A stretch of 64,000 bases of DNA from Sulfuricurvum sp. (GCA_028710885.1 JAQTTG010000005.1:1483-65482), one strand, 5' to 3'; positions 8,347 to 17,365 are shown, numbered from the stretch's first letter. Notes: generated by a model from the letters alone, not told the origin. Made by a program: numbers and translations.

Positions 8347-9051
8347 ATGTCAGTAATTGATTCATGGAAATCAAATACTTCTCTTGTATCTTACGGTTCT
8401 ACCAGTAATACGAAAAATGATTTTTCGTCGATATCAATGGGAAGTGATTATCAGGCCTTATGGAATCAGGCTACGAGTGGATTGTCTATTCAGCAAAAAA
8501 CCGAACTGTTTGCAAATACATTTGATCCGAATGCATCAGCAACCTCCGATCAAAATCGTCTCAATAATGCAGCAGAGAAGTTTCGACAATTAAGTTCTTT
8601 GTCTTCTGGGACTGACCAGACGAAGTTTACTAGCTATGCAAATGCGATTTCTGCTTTTTCAAATCTTTTAGATGATAGATCAAATATTTCGTCTCAATCT
8701 ATCACAGAAGCTGCCAATCAATATGACGTAACCAATATGACCACCAATGAGATGAACCAGATGGCAAATAACCTTTTTAAAAGTGGGGCAATTGATTTAG
8801 ATACCCTTGGTACATTAACTTTGATGCCTGCAAAGATTGATATGGATTCAAACGGTAATATTACAAATATCACTCCACTCCGAGATAATTCAACCCATTT
8901 TAATTATTTGAAAAACATTGAGGAAGGACTGAGTAATGCAAAAAGTACCGGTTCAAGTAGTACTCCTTATTTTCAAAAAGTTTATGATGTATTGTCTATG
9001 ATCAATCAGTTACACACATCTGGCTCTTCTAGGCTTGATACTGTAAGTTGA
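8347..9051 (+). CDS. Ser/Thr/Asn-rich hypothetical protein
   Basis: Start placed at MSVIDSW after AAGGAG; no hydrophobic signal peptide; internal YDVTNMT.NEM..M...L...G.I motif. Confidence 0.7.
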   Translation: MSVIDSWKSNTSLVSYGSTSNTKNDFSSISMGSDYQALWNQATSGLSIQQKTELFANTFDPNASATSDQNRLNNAAEKFRQLSSLSSGTDQTKFTSYANAISAFSNLLDDRSNISSQSITEAANQYDVTNMTTNEMNQMANNLFKSGAIDLDTLGTLTLMPAKIDMDSNGNITNITPLRDNSTHFNYLKNIEEGLSNAKSTGSSSTPYFQKVYDVLSMINQLHTSGSSRLDTVS

Positions 9052-9662
9052 TATTTTTGATGGATCGTTTACGAATCGCACTTCAAAAGTTTGTTGAAAT
9101 TAATGACCAAGAATGGAGCTATATCCAAAATCAATTTACACTCAAGACATTTGATAAAAAACAAACTATTCATTATTCTGGGGATGTATTTAGGCAAGTT
9201 TATTATCTAAAATCCGGCGTAGCAAGATCATATTTCATGGATTTATCAGGGAAAGATTATACATGGCAACTTTATTTTCGTGATAATGAAATATTTGGCT
9301 ATAACCATTTTTTAGAGGATAGCGTCAGCCATTATACCAATGAACCTTCTCTGCTAACATTTGAAACATTGACTTCTGCAGAATTTTATGTAATTGGTGT
9401 TGAGCAGTTAGATAAGATGTTCAACTATGGAAAGAAATGGGAATATTTGGCGCGTATGTATAAATTACGCCATTTTTTTATTCCAATGTATCAACGTTCC
9501 TTGTCTATCATAACAGAAGATGCTCAAACGAGATACATACGATTATTAAAAGAACATCCCAATATCTTCAAAAAAGTAAAATTACATCATATTGCATCAT
9601 ATCTTGGCATTGCACCGCAAACACTAAGTAAAATCCGAAAAAAAATGAATTTAGGTGAATGA
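9048..9662 (+). CDS. Crp/Fnr family regulator
   Basis: YYLKSGVARSYF cNMP-type domain; HIASYLGIAPQTLSKIR HTH. Confidence 0.9.
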   Translation: MIFLMDRLRIALQKFVEINDQEWSYIQNQFTLKTFDKKQTIHYSGDVFRQVYYLKSGVARSYFMDLSGKDYTWQLYFRDNEIFGYNHFLEDSVSHYTNEPSLLTFETLTSAEFYVIGVEQLDKMFNYGKKWEYLARMYKLRHFFIPMYQRSLSIITEDAQTRYIRLLKEHPNIFKKVKLHHIASYLGIAPQTLSKIRKKMNLGE

Positions 9663-9708
9663 ATTCAATCTACTTTTTTTGATATATTTATGAAAAAAAA
9701 GGCTTAGA

Positions 9709-10122
9709 ATGATTCTTTATGCTATCGGTATTGGAGTGTTAATTGGTATCTTTGTGATACTACGATTTAAAAAGCGAAAATTGGAGCGAACAAGATGGGC
9801 TTATCCAGTTTTTTTAGCAACTTTTCCACTTTATTACATTCTTTTTGCTTTGTATGCAATGGATTACAAGGCTTTATTAAATGAAATTATTATTAGTATT
9901 TTGTTTTTAGTAATAGCATATATCAGTTATAGATATAAAAATAAAATAACACTAATTCTTCTTTCAATAGGATATATACTTCACGCAGTATATGATTTTA
10001 TACACGATTATCTCTTTAGCAATGCTGGTATACCAGTCTGGTGGCCCTATTTTTGTAGTAGTGTAGATATCATAATGGGTATTTATATATTGTATTTTGC
10101 AATAAGAGTTAGAAAAGAATAA
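9709..10122 (+). CDS. Membrane protein, DUF6010-like
   Basis: Several TM segments; LHAVYDFIH and PVWWPYFCSSVD motifs. Confidence 0.55.
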   Translation: MILYAIGIGVLIGIFVILRFKKRKLERTRWAYPVFLATFPLYYILFALYAMDYKALLNEIIISILFLVIAYISYRYKNKITLILLSIGYILHAVYDFIHDYLFSNAGIPVWWPYFCSSVDIIMGIYILYFAIRVRKE

Positions 10123-10201
10123 GTAGTGATTGAAGCAATTAAAAATGTTACCGAATAGGGTGTTATAATAATCTATCAATTATGAAAAGGATCTAACGTT
10201 A

Positions 10202-10597
10202 ATGAAAGATCAAATAAAACACTATGAGAATAAATTGGCATACGAAATCGATTCATGGGATTTGAATACCGGATTAATAGGCGGAGAGAAAATTGTCGTC
10301 ATTGACGCTAGATCAACCGAAGCATATAGTCGTGAACATATTCCTAATGCGATAAATATCCCTCATCGAATGATGGATGAAACTACTACGCTCTCTATAG
10401 ATAAAACGGTATTGATAGTCGTGTATTGTGACGGTATCGGATGCAACGCTTCTACCAAAGGGGCTTTAAATATGACCCGATTAGGATTCAAAACAAAAGA
10501 GTTGATTGGAGGGTTGGATTGGTGGAAGCGTGATGGGTACCTGACAGGTGGAGAGAAAATTAGACAAAATGAGATGATATCTTGCGGGTGTGAATAA
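10202..10597 (+). CDS. Rhodanese-like protein
   Basis: VIDARS.EAY..EHIP.AINIP; VYCDGIGCNAS; GGLDWW. Confidence 0.9.
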   Translation: MKDQIKHYENKLAYEIDSWDLNTGLIGGEKIVVIDARSTEAYSREHIPNAINIPHRMMDETTTLSIDKTVLIVVYCDGIGCNASTKGALNMTRLGFKTKELIGGLDWWKRDGYLTGGEKIRQNEMISCGCE

Positions 10598-10737
10598 ATA
10601 AAATTACTTTTGACAATAATACAATATTGCAACCTTCTCTAAATTGATGTATAACAGATTAGATTTTAGTAAAGAATTGTTCTTTGTTATTTTAGCATAT
10701 AGGGCATGATATAGAATTTAAAAAAAGTGGAAACTTA

Positions 10738-11145
10738 ATGGATATTTTAAAAATTCCCTTTGTTGAAAAAGTGGGTATACAACACGATAATATAGGGCTA
10801 AATTTACCTTTTCGTCCTGATAATCTGAACCATATCGGCACTACTCACGCGAGTGCAATATTTACATTAGCCGAGAGTGCAAGCGGTGAAGTATTGCAGA
10901 AACTTTTTCCCGAATATGCAGGTAAAGTGATTCCGGTTTTGCGTGATTCCAAAATCAAATTTAAAAAGCCTACGACTGAGGTTGTCCATGCATTTTCTTC
11001 GGTAAGTGATGAAGATACCAAAACCTTTAGAACCCAATTGGATAAAAAAGGGCGTGCATTGATAAACGTTCAGGTCGAAGTAAAAGATGATAGTGAAACG
11101 GTGGTTTGTATCGGCACGTTTATGTGGTTTGTACAGAGAATTTAA
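10738..11145 (+). CDS. PaaI/DUF4442 hot-dog thioesterase
   Basis: NHIGTTHASAIFTLAE; IKFKKP. Confidence 0.85.
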   Translation: MDILKIPFVEKVGIQHDNIGLNLPFRPDNLNHIGTTHASAIFTLAESASGEVLQKLFPEYAGKVIPVLRDSKIKFKKPTTEVVHAFSSVSDEDTKTFRTQLDKKGRALINVQVEVKDDSETVVCIGTFMWFVQRI

Positions 11146-11663
11146 TGATATATCTTTTACGCCATTTCAAAGTGATTGATGGGTCTGAAGTTATGATGGA
11201 TTCTGAAAGATTCAATAATTGGGTATATGATTATGACCACTACGAATTGAAATATAGCGATTTGTCACTTCCTATTGTAGAAAAGGTCTATTGTTCGACT
11301 ATGGAACGCTGTACTCGAAGTGCAAACTATCTTAAAACGGATAGCATATTTAGGGATGAATTAATCGAAGTAGCCTCAAAAGCTTCATTTAAAACTTGTA
11401 TCAAACTTCCAAAATCCTTTTGGCTAATAATAGACCGGATTTTATGGTATTTCAATATATCAAAGCATGAAAATCGGTGTGATACGATCCTAAGAGCAGA
11501 TAAGTTTATCGATTCACTTGATACATCAAAAGATATATTAGTGATATCTCATGGACTGTTTTTGAATGTATTATATAAACGATTAAAACTTCGAGGATAT
11601 CATGGGTATATAGGACTCGCAATGAAAAATGCACACGTTTACAAATTAGAAGGTGTAAAATAA
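11145..11663 (+). CDS. Histidine phosphatase family protein
   Basis: Start at ATG overlapping the previous stop; IYLLRH, CSTMERC and ILVISHG motifs. Confidence 0.75.
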   Translation: MIYLLRHFKVIDGSEVMMDSERFNNWVYDYDHYELKYSDLSLPIVEKVYCSTMERCTRSANYLKTDSIFRDELIEVASKASFKTCIKLPKSFWLIIDRILWYFNISKHENRCDTILRADKFIDSLDTSKDILVISHGLFLNVLYKRLKLRGYHGYIGLAMKNAHVYKLEGVK

Positions 11664-12178
11664 TGAACATTAAAAACAGCACCATCAATGACATCGACGA
11701 AATTTTTAGACTTTACAAAATAGCTACTAATTTCCAAAAATCCAAATTCTTCGTACATTGGCCGGAGTTTAAACGTGATCTTATCGAGACAGAGATACAT
11801 GAGAACCGACAATGGAAGATGATGATTGAGGGACGTATAGCGTGCATTTGGGCGACGACGTTTAATGATCCTCAGATATGGGGGAGCCGTGATAGTGATC
11901 CCGCCCTCTATATCCACCGCATTGCAACCAACCCCGATTTTCGAGGGAATAATTTCGTAGAGCGTATCGTCGAATGGGCGGAACAATACGCACGTGACAA
12001 TTCAAAAGAGTTTATTCGGATGGATACGATTGGTGAGAATCAAGGATTGATTGAACATTATAAAAAATGCGGGTTCGAGTATCTTGGGTATCATAAACTG
12101 GATTCTATTGAAGGATTGCCAGATCATTATGCGTTGGCGGATGCGTGTTTGTTTGAGAAAAAGATAGTTAACTTATAA
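11663..12178 (+). CDS. GNAT acetyltransferase
   Basis: YIHRIATNPDFRG; RMDT...N..LI.HY...GF. Confidence 0.85.
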   Translation: MNIKNSTINDIDEIFRLYKIATNFQKSKFFVHWPEFKRDLIETEIHENRQWKMMIEGRIACIWATTFNDPQIWGSRDSDPALYIHRIATNPDFRGNNFVERIVEWAEQYARDNSKEFIRMDTIGENQGLIEHYKKCGFEYLGYHKLDSIEGLPDHYALADACLFEKKIVNL

Positions 12179-12189
12179 GAGAGGCAAAG

Positions 12190-12876
12190 ATGAAAAAAAC
12201 CGTTTTAATAACCGGCGGAAATAAAGGGATAGGATTAGAAGCGACTAAAGCTTTTATGGCATTGGGGTATGAAGTCATTGTCGTAGCGCGGGATTTTAGT
12301 GATTTTGAAGAGCATGAATCCGTACAGCAGGTCGTATTTGATTTGACACAAGTGGATAAAATACCTGCGCTTATCGACTCTTTGCCACCGATTGATATTC
12401 TGATCAATAATGCAGGTGTGATGTATTCGATCCCTTATCACAGTTATAGCTCTGAAAAAATTGATTCGATGATGCAGTTAAATCTTTATGCACCGATCAA
12501 ACTGATCGAAGAAGTTGCCAAAAAGATGCCATTTGGCGGTCGCATTGTCAATAACGCCTCTATCGCCGGACAAATTGGACATCCCGATATTTGGTATGGG
12601 ATGACCAAAGCGGCTCTCATCAATGCTACCAAGAGTTTTTCGAAAATATTTGAGGGTAAAATTATCATCAATGCCGTAGCACCCAGCCCCGTCGAAACGG
12701 ATATGCTCGATGTGATACCAAAAGAACGGCAGGAAGCATTTTTAAAGTCGGTCATTACTAAACGTTTTGCTTATCCGCAAGAGATCGCCAAAACAATAGT
12801 CTGGCTCGCTACCGAATCACCCGAATACATTAACGGAAGTGTGATTGATATTAATAACGGGTCGTTTCCGAGATAA
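12190..12876 (+). CDS. Short-chain dehydrogenase/reductase
   Basis: TGGNKGIG, NNAG and catalytic YGMTK. Confidence 0.92.
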   Translation: MKKTVLITGGNKGIGLEATKAFMALGYEVIVVARDFSDFEEHESVQQVVFDLTQVDKIPALIDSLPPIDILINNAGVMYSIPYHSYSSEKIDSMMQLNLYAPIKLIEEVAKKMPFGGRIVNNASIAGQIGHPDIWYGMTKAALINATKSFSKIFEGKIIINAVAPSPVETDMLDVIPKERQEAFLKSVITKRFAYPQEIAKTIVWLATESPEYINGSVIDINNGSFPR

Positions 12877-12885
12877 AGAGAGACC

Positions 12886-13329
12886 ATGTTAGAGACCATT
12901 TTAAATTATATGCAAATCACGGAAAACATAGCTTCATCTGGACAGCCTAATGAGCCTGAATTCGCCGCAATCGCGGATGCAGGATATGATGTCATTATTA
13001 ATCTCGCTATGCCAAATTCGGAAAATGTAATACACTCTGAAGGTCATTTCGTTACTGTGAACAACATGATCTATATTCATATTCCGGTTCCGTTTGATGC
13101 ACCTAAGTTTTTTCATTTGAAGTCATTCATTAAAATTATGGAAACATTTGCTGATAAGAAAGTTTGGGTTCATTGTGTAAAAAACTACAGAGCATCAGCT
13201 TTTTTGTACCATTATTTGCGTATGTCACGTGGTTTTAGCGATGCAGAAGCGCAAAAAGCGATACTTCCATCATGGGAACCGAATGAAATCTGGCAACGGT
13301 TTATGAGTATTGATTCTAAGTTAGTATAA
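12886..13329 (+). CDS. PTP-like / DUF442 (CX5R) protein
   Basis: SSGQP, VIINL and HCVKNYR CX5R loop. Confidence 0.8.
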   Translation: MLETILNYMQITENIASSGQPNEPEFAAIADAGYDVIINLAMPNSENVIHSEGHFVTVNNMIYIHIPVPFDAPKFFHLKSFIKIMETFADKKVWVHCVKNYRASAFLYHYLRMSRGFSDAEAQKAILPSWEPNEIWQRFMSIDSKLV

Positions 13330-13382
13330 AAGAAAAAAATCTTTATCATCCTTTTCGATGATAGCAATAAATAAGGGTAATT

Positions 13383-14108
13383 ATGAAGGTCTTTTGGATA
13401 CTCGTTTTATCATTAAAGTTTTTATTGGCTTCCGAACCCAATTTTGGCAAATTCGATGGTTCTGGAGTTGTGGTCGATCTCAACAACTCTGAACGTAGTA
13501 TATTTGGCAAACATGCAGATGAGCGGATGAATCCGTGCTCGACATTTAAAATTTTAAATTCAATGATCGCACTGGATAGTGGTGCCGTACGTGATGAAAA
13601 TGAGACTCTTAAATGGGATGGTGTAGTACGAGAATATCCGGTATGGAATCACGACCATTCAATGAGGAGTGCGATAGGTGTTTCAGCAGTGTGGTTTTAT
13701 CAAGAGTTGGCACGTCGTGTTGGAGAGAAGAAAATGGGGGAGATGGTACGTAAAACAGGCTATGGCAATATGGATACATCCCACACGATTATCGATTTTT
13801 GGCTAGGGGATGGTAGTCTTAAAATATCAGCAAATGAAGAGACTGATTTTCTCTCGAAACTGGTGCGAAATCAGTTGCCGTTTACCTCGCGTGCAATGAG
13901 AGTTACGAAAGAGATTATGACTCTCGATAAACATGATAATTACACCTTGGCAGGCAAGACGGGCAGCTGTGGCGGAATAGGGTGGTTCGTCGGATTCGTT
14001 GAAGAAGCGAATTCAACAAAGGCATTTGCGTTTAATATCCGAGGTGAGGGTGCTAACGGATCGGTAGCTAAAAAGATTGCACTTGATTATCTCATTAAAG
14101 GAAAATAA
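13383..14108 (+). CDS. Class D serine beta-lactamase / BlaR-YbxI-like penicillin-binding protein
   Basis: Signal peptide; S-T-F-K, S-A-V, Y-G-N, FWL.G.L.IS and K-T-G motifs in the canonical order. Confidence 0.9.
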   Translation: MKVFWILVLSLKFLLASEPNFGKFDGSGVVVDLNNSERSIFGKHADERMNPCSTFKILNSMIALDSGAVRDENETLKWDGVVREYPVWNHDHSMRSAIGVSAVWFYQELARRVGEKKMGEMVRKTGYGNMDTSHTIIDFWLGDGSLKISANEETDFLSKLVRNQLPFTSRAMRVTKEIMTLDKHDNYTLAGKTGSCGGIGWFVGFVEEANSTKAFAFNIRGEGANGSVAKKIALDYLIKGK

Positions 14109-14111
14109 TTG

Positions 14112-14399
14112 ATGTTTATCATTTCACTTACCTACATCAAGCCTCTCGAAGAGGTGGATGCTCTACTCGAAGAGCATGTCGAGTATCTCAAAGAACAGTA
14201 TAGATTAGGAAATTTTCTCGCTTCTGGACGTAAAGTTCCCCGCACCGGAGGGGTGATTTTAGCACGTGCGGTATCGCGCGAAAAGATCGAGACGATTATT
14301 AGCCTCGATCCGTTTGATCGGCATGGTGTCGCTGAGTATGAGATCACTGAATTTGCTCCTACAATGACAAGCGATGGATTAGGGATTTTGAGGGAATGA
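14112..14399 (+). CDS. YciI family protein
   Basis: H..YL......G.FL.SG...PR.GGVI...DPF motif. Confidence 0.9.
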   Translation: MFIISLTYIKPLEEVDALLEEHVEYLKEQYRLGNFLASGRKVPRTGGVILARAVSREKIETIISLDPFDRHGVAEYEITEFAPTMTSDGLGILRE

Positions 14400-14410
14400 C
14401 AGGGACTATC

Positions 14411-14767
14411 ATGAAAAAAAACAAAACATATAATTGTTCTTTTGAGGCAGCATTGGACATTATTGACGGTAAATGGAAAGTACTGATCTTGTGGCATTTA
14501 AATAAACAAAAAACTCTCCGAAATGGAGAATTAGTCAAGCTAATCCCCAATATTACTCAAAAAATGTTGGCTCAACAACTTCGTGAAATGGAGAATAATG
14601 GTCTTATTGTTCGTAAGATTTATCAGCAAATCCCTTCAAAAGTAGAGTATTCATTAACGCTACAAGGTGAAAAGTTATTGCCGGTACTTGAAGCACTACG
14701 AGAATGGGGAATCGAATATTCTCGCGAAAACGGAATTACACTTCTTCGAAATAGCACCTACGTATAA
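14411..14767 (+). CDS. HxlR/DUF24 regulator (with N-terminal Cys)
   Basis: YNCSFEAALDIIDGKWK; ITQKMLAQQLREME; KVEYSLT. Confidence 0.92.
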   Translation: MKKNKTYNCSFEAALDIIDGKWKVLILWHLNKQKTLRNGELVKLIPNITQKMLAQQLREMENNGLIVRKIYQQIPSKVEYSLTLQGEKLLPVLEALREWGIEYSRENGITLLRNSTYV

Positions 14768-14774
14768 AAACATG

Positions 14775-14807
14775 TTACCAAAAAGTAATAATAGCACCTG
14801 GCAGTGC
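14775..14807. promoter_or_regulatory. Twin palindromes TTAC-N6-GTAA and GCAC-N6-GTGC, putative HxlR operators
   Basis: Adjacent palindromes between the HxlR gene and the nitroreductase. Confidence 0.45.
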
Positions 14808-14867
14808 GTTCTTGAAAGTTATTCTCAAAATATTTATAATGCTGAATCTTACATAAAAGGAGAATAG

Positions 14868-15476
14868 ATGAGGGATGATTTTCAAAAAGCAATGATTTTT
14901 CGACATGCGTGCAGGTTATTTGATAAACAGCGTAAAATAGCCATAGAAGATTTGGATTTTATCCTTGAATCCGGGCGTATGAGCCCTAGTTCCATCGGAC
15001 TGGAACAATGGAAATTTTTGGTCGTAAAAAACGATCAATTAAAAATAGCGCTACTCCCACATGTAAAGAAAAATACCAATCAAATTGCAACATGCAGTGA
15101 TTTGGTGTGTGTTCTTTATAAAAAACAATTGCGACCTGATACTCTTTATATGAGAGAACAATGGATGAAAATTTTTGGAACGGAAGAGATACCGGAGTAT
15201 TATCGACAAGTGTTTAATGCTAGAAGTGATGAAGAACTTGAGTGTTGGGCAAAGGCTCAATGTTACATCGCTACAGCCAACATGATGACGGCAGCAGCTT
15301 TTATTGGTATTGATAGTTGTCCTATGGAAGGGTTTGAAAAAAACAATGTTGAAGAAACTTTGGGGTTGGATACATCGCTGTATGGAGTAGCTTTAATGTT
15401 GCCATTTGGTTATCGAGTTAATGCACAGCCGGAACATAAACGTTCACGATTTGATGAAATAGTGGAGTATGTTTAG
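14868..15476 (+). CDS. NAD(P)H nitroreductase (NfsB/FrxA-like)
   Basis: RHACRLFD, SPSSIGLEQW, IDSCPMEGF and PFGYR motifs. Confidence 0.92.
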   Translation: MRDDFQKAMIFRHACRLFDKQRKIAIEDLDFILESGRMSPSSIGLEQWKFLVVKNDQLKIALLPHVKKNTNQIATCSDLVCVLYKKQLRPDTLYMREQWMKIFGTEEIPEYYRQVFNARSDEELECWAKAQCYIATANMMTAAAFIGIDSCPMEGFEKNNVEETLGLDTSLYGVALMLPFGYRVNAQPEHKRSRFDEIVEYV

Positions 15477-15508
15477 ACCGCTACGGGATTTTAACGCTTC
15501 AAATAGGT

Positions 15509-15850
15509 TCATTGCACTGGCTCAGGTGAAAAGGCAATAGCGACTTCATTGATTTGAATAATCGGTTGAATATCCGTATAGTTTTGGATATCACCTTGAA
15601 GCTCCTGAGCATGTGGCATAAATGCGGCAATAAAGTGTTCGACCGTATCAAAATAATAGTGACACATTGCTACATACGAACATGGGATATTTGCTTCTTT
15701 CAATGCAAGACCTCGCTCAACCCTGACACTATGAAACCCCTCTGCCTTTGAAAGACATTCAATCGAAAGCGGCATATGTTTTTCCAAATAATAGTCAAAA
15801 TCAAAACGGCACCCCTCTGTGAAGGGGTAGATACTGGTGATGTTAAACAT
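15509..15850 (-). CDS. EthD family protein
   Basis: FDFDYY...HMPL; D..NYTDIQP motifs. Confidence 0.88.
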   Translation of the reverse strand: MFNITSIYPFTEGCRFDFDYYLEKHMPLSIECLSKAEGFHSVRVERGLALKEANIPCSYVAMCHYYFDTVEHFIAAFMPHAQELQGDIQNYTDIQPIIQINEVAIAFSPEPVQ

Positions 15851-15852
15851 GT

Positions 15853-16200
15853 CTATTCCTCATTTATGGTTTGTCCGAAAGTTTTGGCATAGTGCTGAGA
15901 CCATGCGATGACTTCATCAATGACGGGTTTGAGCTGTTGTCCATGGGGGCTAAGTGTGTATTCGACCCTCGGAGGGACTTCGGCAAATACTTCGCGTTCT
16001 ATCAGATGCAGTTCTTCGAGTTGCTTGAGTTTTGCGGATAACGTTTTATTGGTAATCGGTTGCAAATATTTGGATAATTCTTTAAAACGCATCGAGCCGT
16101 TGCTGAGATACCAGATAATCATCAGTTTAAGCCGATCATCAAACATCTCGAAAAATATTTCTGCTGAGTACTGGTAAGTATTGCCATTTAGTTTTATCAT
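15853..16200 (-). CDS. HxlR/DUF24 regulator (Cys-less paralog 2)
   Basis: Start moved to MIKLNG (16200), which gives 115 aa, the same length as 7563-7910, with 91/115 identical residues by hand count. Confidence 0.9.
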   Translation of the reverse strand: MIKLNGNTYQYSAEIFFEMFDDRLKLMIIWYLSNGSMRFKELSKYLQPITNKTLSAKLKQLEELHLIEREVFAEVPPRVEYTLSPHGQQLKPVIDEVIAWSQHYAKTFGQTINEE

Positions 16201-16237
16201 GCCGAAACTGTAACCAATAGTTTCTTTATTTATCATT

Positions 16238-16255
16238 AGTATATTTTAGTAAACT
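16238..16255. promoter_or_regulatory. Putative HxlR operator AGTATA-N6-TAAACT
   Basis: 17/18 identical to 7948-7965 and at the same 38-bp distance from the start codon. Confidence 0.7.
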
Positions 16256-16306
16256 ATTGTAATCCGTTTCTAAACATGCATTAAAATAAAGAGAGTTATC
16301 TTTGTA

Positions 16307-16996
16307 TCATAAAGGCTGTATCGTTTGAGGTCCAAACTCTTTCACACGGTTGAAATCACGAGATAGGCTTACCGCAGTCTCGGTCGTTTGTCGATAAGCG
16401 ATAAGTTCCTCGATACTGATAAGCGGGTAATGATATTTATCCGAGAAAGCTTTGGCCTCATCACGGTTCATCATCGTTCCGTCGGGATTGGTCAATTCGC
16501 ACAATACTCCACAAGGTTCTAATCCTGCCATGCGCATCAGATCGACGGTTGCTTCGGTATGTCCCGGGCGTTCCAGTACTCCGCCGTCGCGTGCTCTTAA
16601 CGGAAACACATGACCGGGAGAAACGATGCGGGATGCGCCGTCTTCGGCGATAGCTGCACGGACGGTTGTGAGACGGTCTTGTGCCGAAACTCCGGTTGTC
16701 ACCCCATCTTTGGCTTCGATAGAGACGGTAAATGCCGTTTGAAAACGGGAATAATTGTCCGTTGTCATCATCGGCAGGTCTAATTCGGCAATTTTTTTGG
16801 CACTTAGGCATAGGCAGACGATACCGCTGCATTCACGGATGAGCAGTGCCATTTGTTCTACGCACAGTGTTTGAGCCGGAAAAATAAGATCGGCCTCGTT
16901 TTCACGGTCGGTACTGTCGGTCACGATGACGCCCTGAGCGTTACGTAATGCTTCAATAGCATCAAAAAGCGGTTGGAAATTTGGATTCTGATTCAT
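16307..16996 (-). CDS. ribB: Monofunctional 3,4-dihydroxy-2-butanone-4-phosphate synthase
   Basis: [31 protein letters not shown] and LCEL...DG.M motifs; no GTP cyclohydrolase II domain. Confidence 0.95.
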   Translation of the reverse strand: MNQNPNFQPLFDAIEALRNAQGVIVTDSTDRENEADLIFPAQTLCVEQMALLIRECSGIVCLCLSAKKIAELDLPMMTTDNYSRFQTAFTVSIEAKDGVTTGVSAQDRLTTVRAAIAEDGASRIVSPGHVFPLRARDGGVLERPGHTEATVDLMRMAGLEPCGVLCELTNPDGTMMNRDEAKAFSDKYHYPLISIEELIAYRQTTETAVSLSRDFNRVKEFGPQTIQPL

Positions 16997-17103
16997 AGGT
17001 ATACTCCATTGTGTAGGTGTAAACTTGAATCAGGGCATGAGTGTATACGTATGTATGTGTAGAATGGCCGTTGATATTAAAAGGGACAATGGACAAACTA
17101 ATA

Positions 17104-17252
17104 CATTCTCTTTCATCCGGACTGTAACCGTTGGTTTTGGATTCGCACCAAATCTGCTTGACCCCCGACATCTTTACAATGTCGGAGCGCTCGCGGACTT
17201 TTATCATGTGATAATTACCGCCAGTAAGGAATTTCACCTCGCCCTGAGAATA
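17104..17252 (-). promoter_or_regulatory. FMN riboswitch (RFN element)
   Basis: Minus strand TATTCTCAGGGCGAGGTGAAATTCCTTACTGGCGGT...AGTCCGCGAGC...AGCAGATTTGGTGCGAATCCAAAACCAACGGTTACAGTCCGGATGAAAGAGAATG; P1-P6 pair; lies upstream of ribB. Confidence 0.95.
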
Positions 17253-17265
17253 AAGTTTCAAAAAA

Positions 17266-17274
17266 ATTATAGCA
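17266..17274 (-). promoter_or_regulatory. Extended -10 promoter (TGCTATAAT) for the riboswitch-ribB transcript
   Basis: TGnTATAAT about 14 nt upstream of the aptamer. Confidence 0.65.
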
Positions 17275-17365
17275 ATATGGGGATGAAAGAGTCAAACCCA
17301 ATAGATGAATTTACCAGCTTTTTGATGGTGGCAATGTAGAAATAAAAGAGGCTCTTTAATATAAA

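Noticed and set aside
10649-10692. GTATAAC...GTTATTT attC-like pair
   Set aside because: Too short, no L boxes, and not adjacent to a stop codon
12878-12899. AGAGACCAT direct repeat at the PTP-like gene start
   Set aside because: Only 9 bp and isolated; no matching partner that would indicate a target-site duplication
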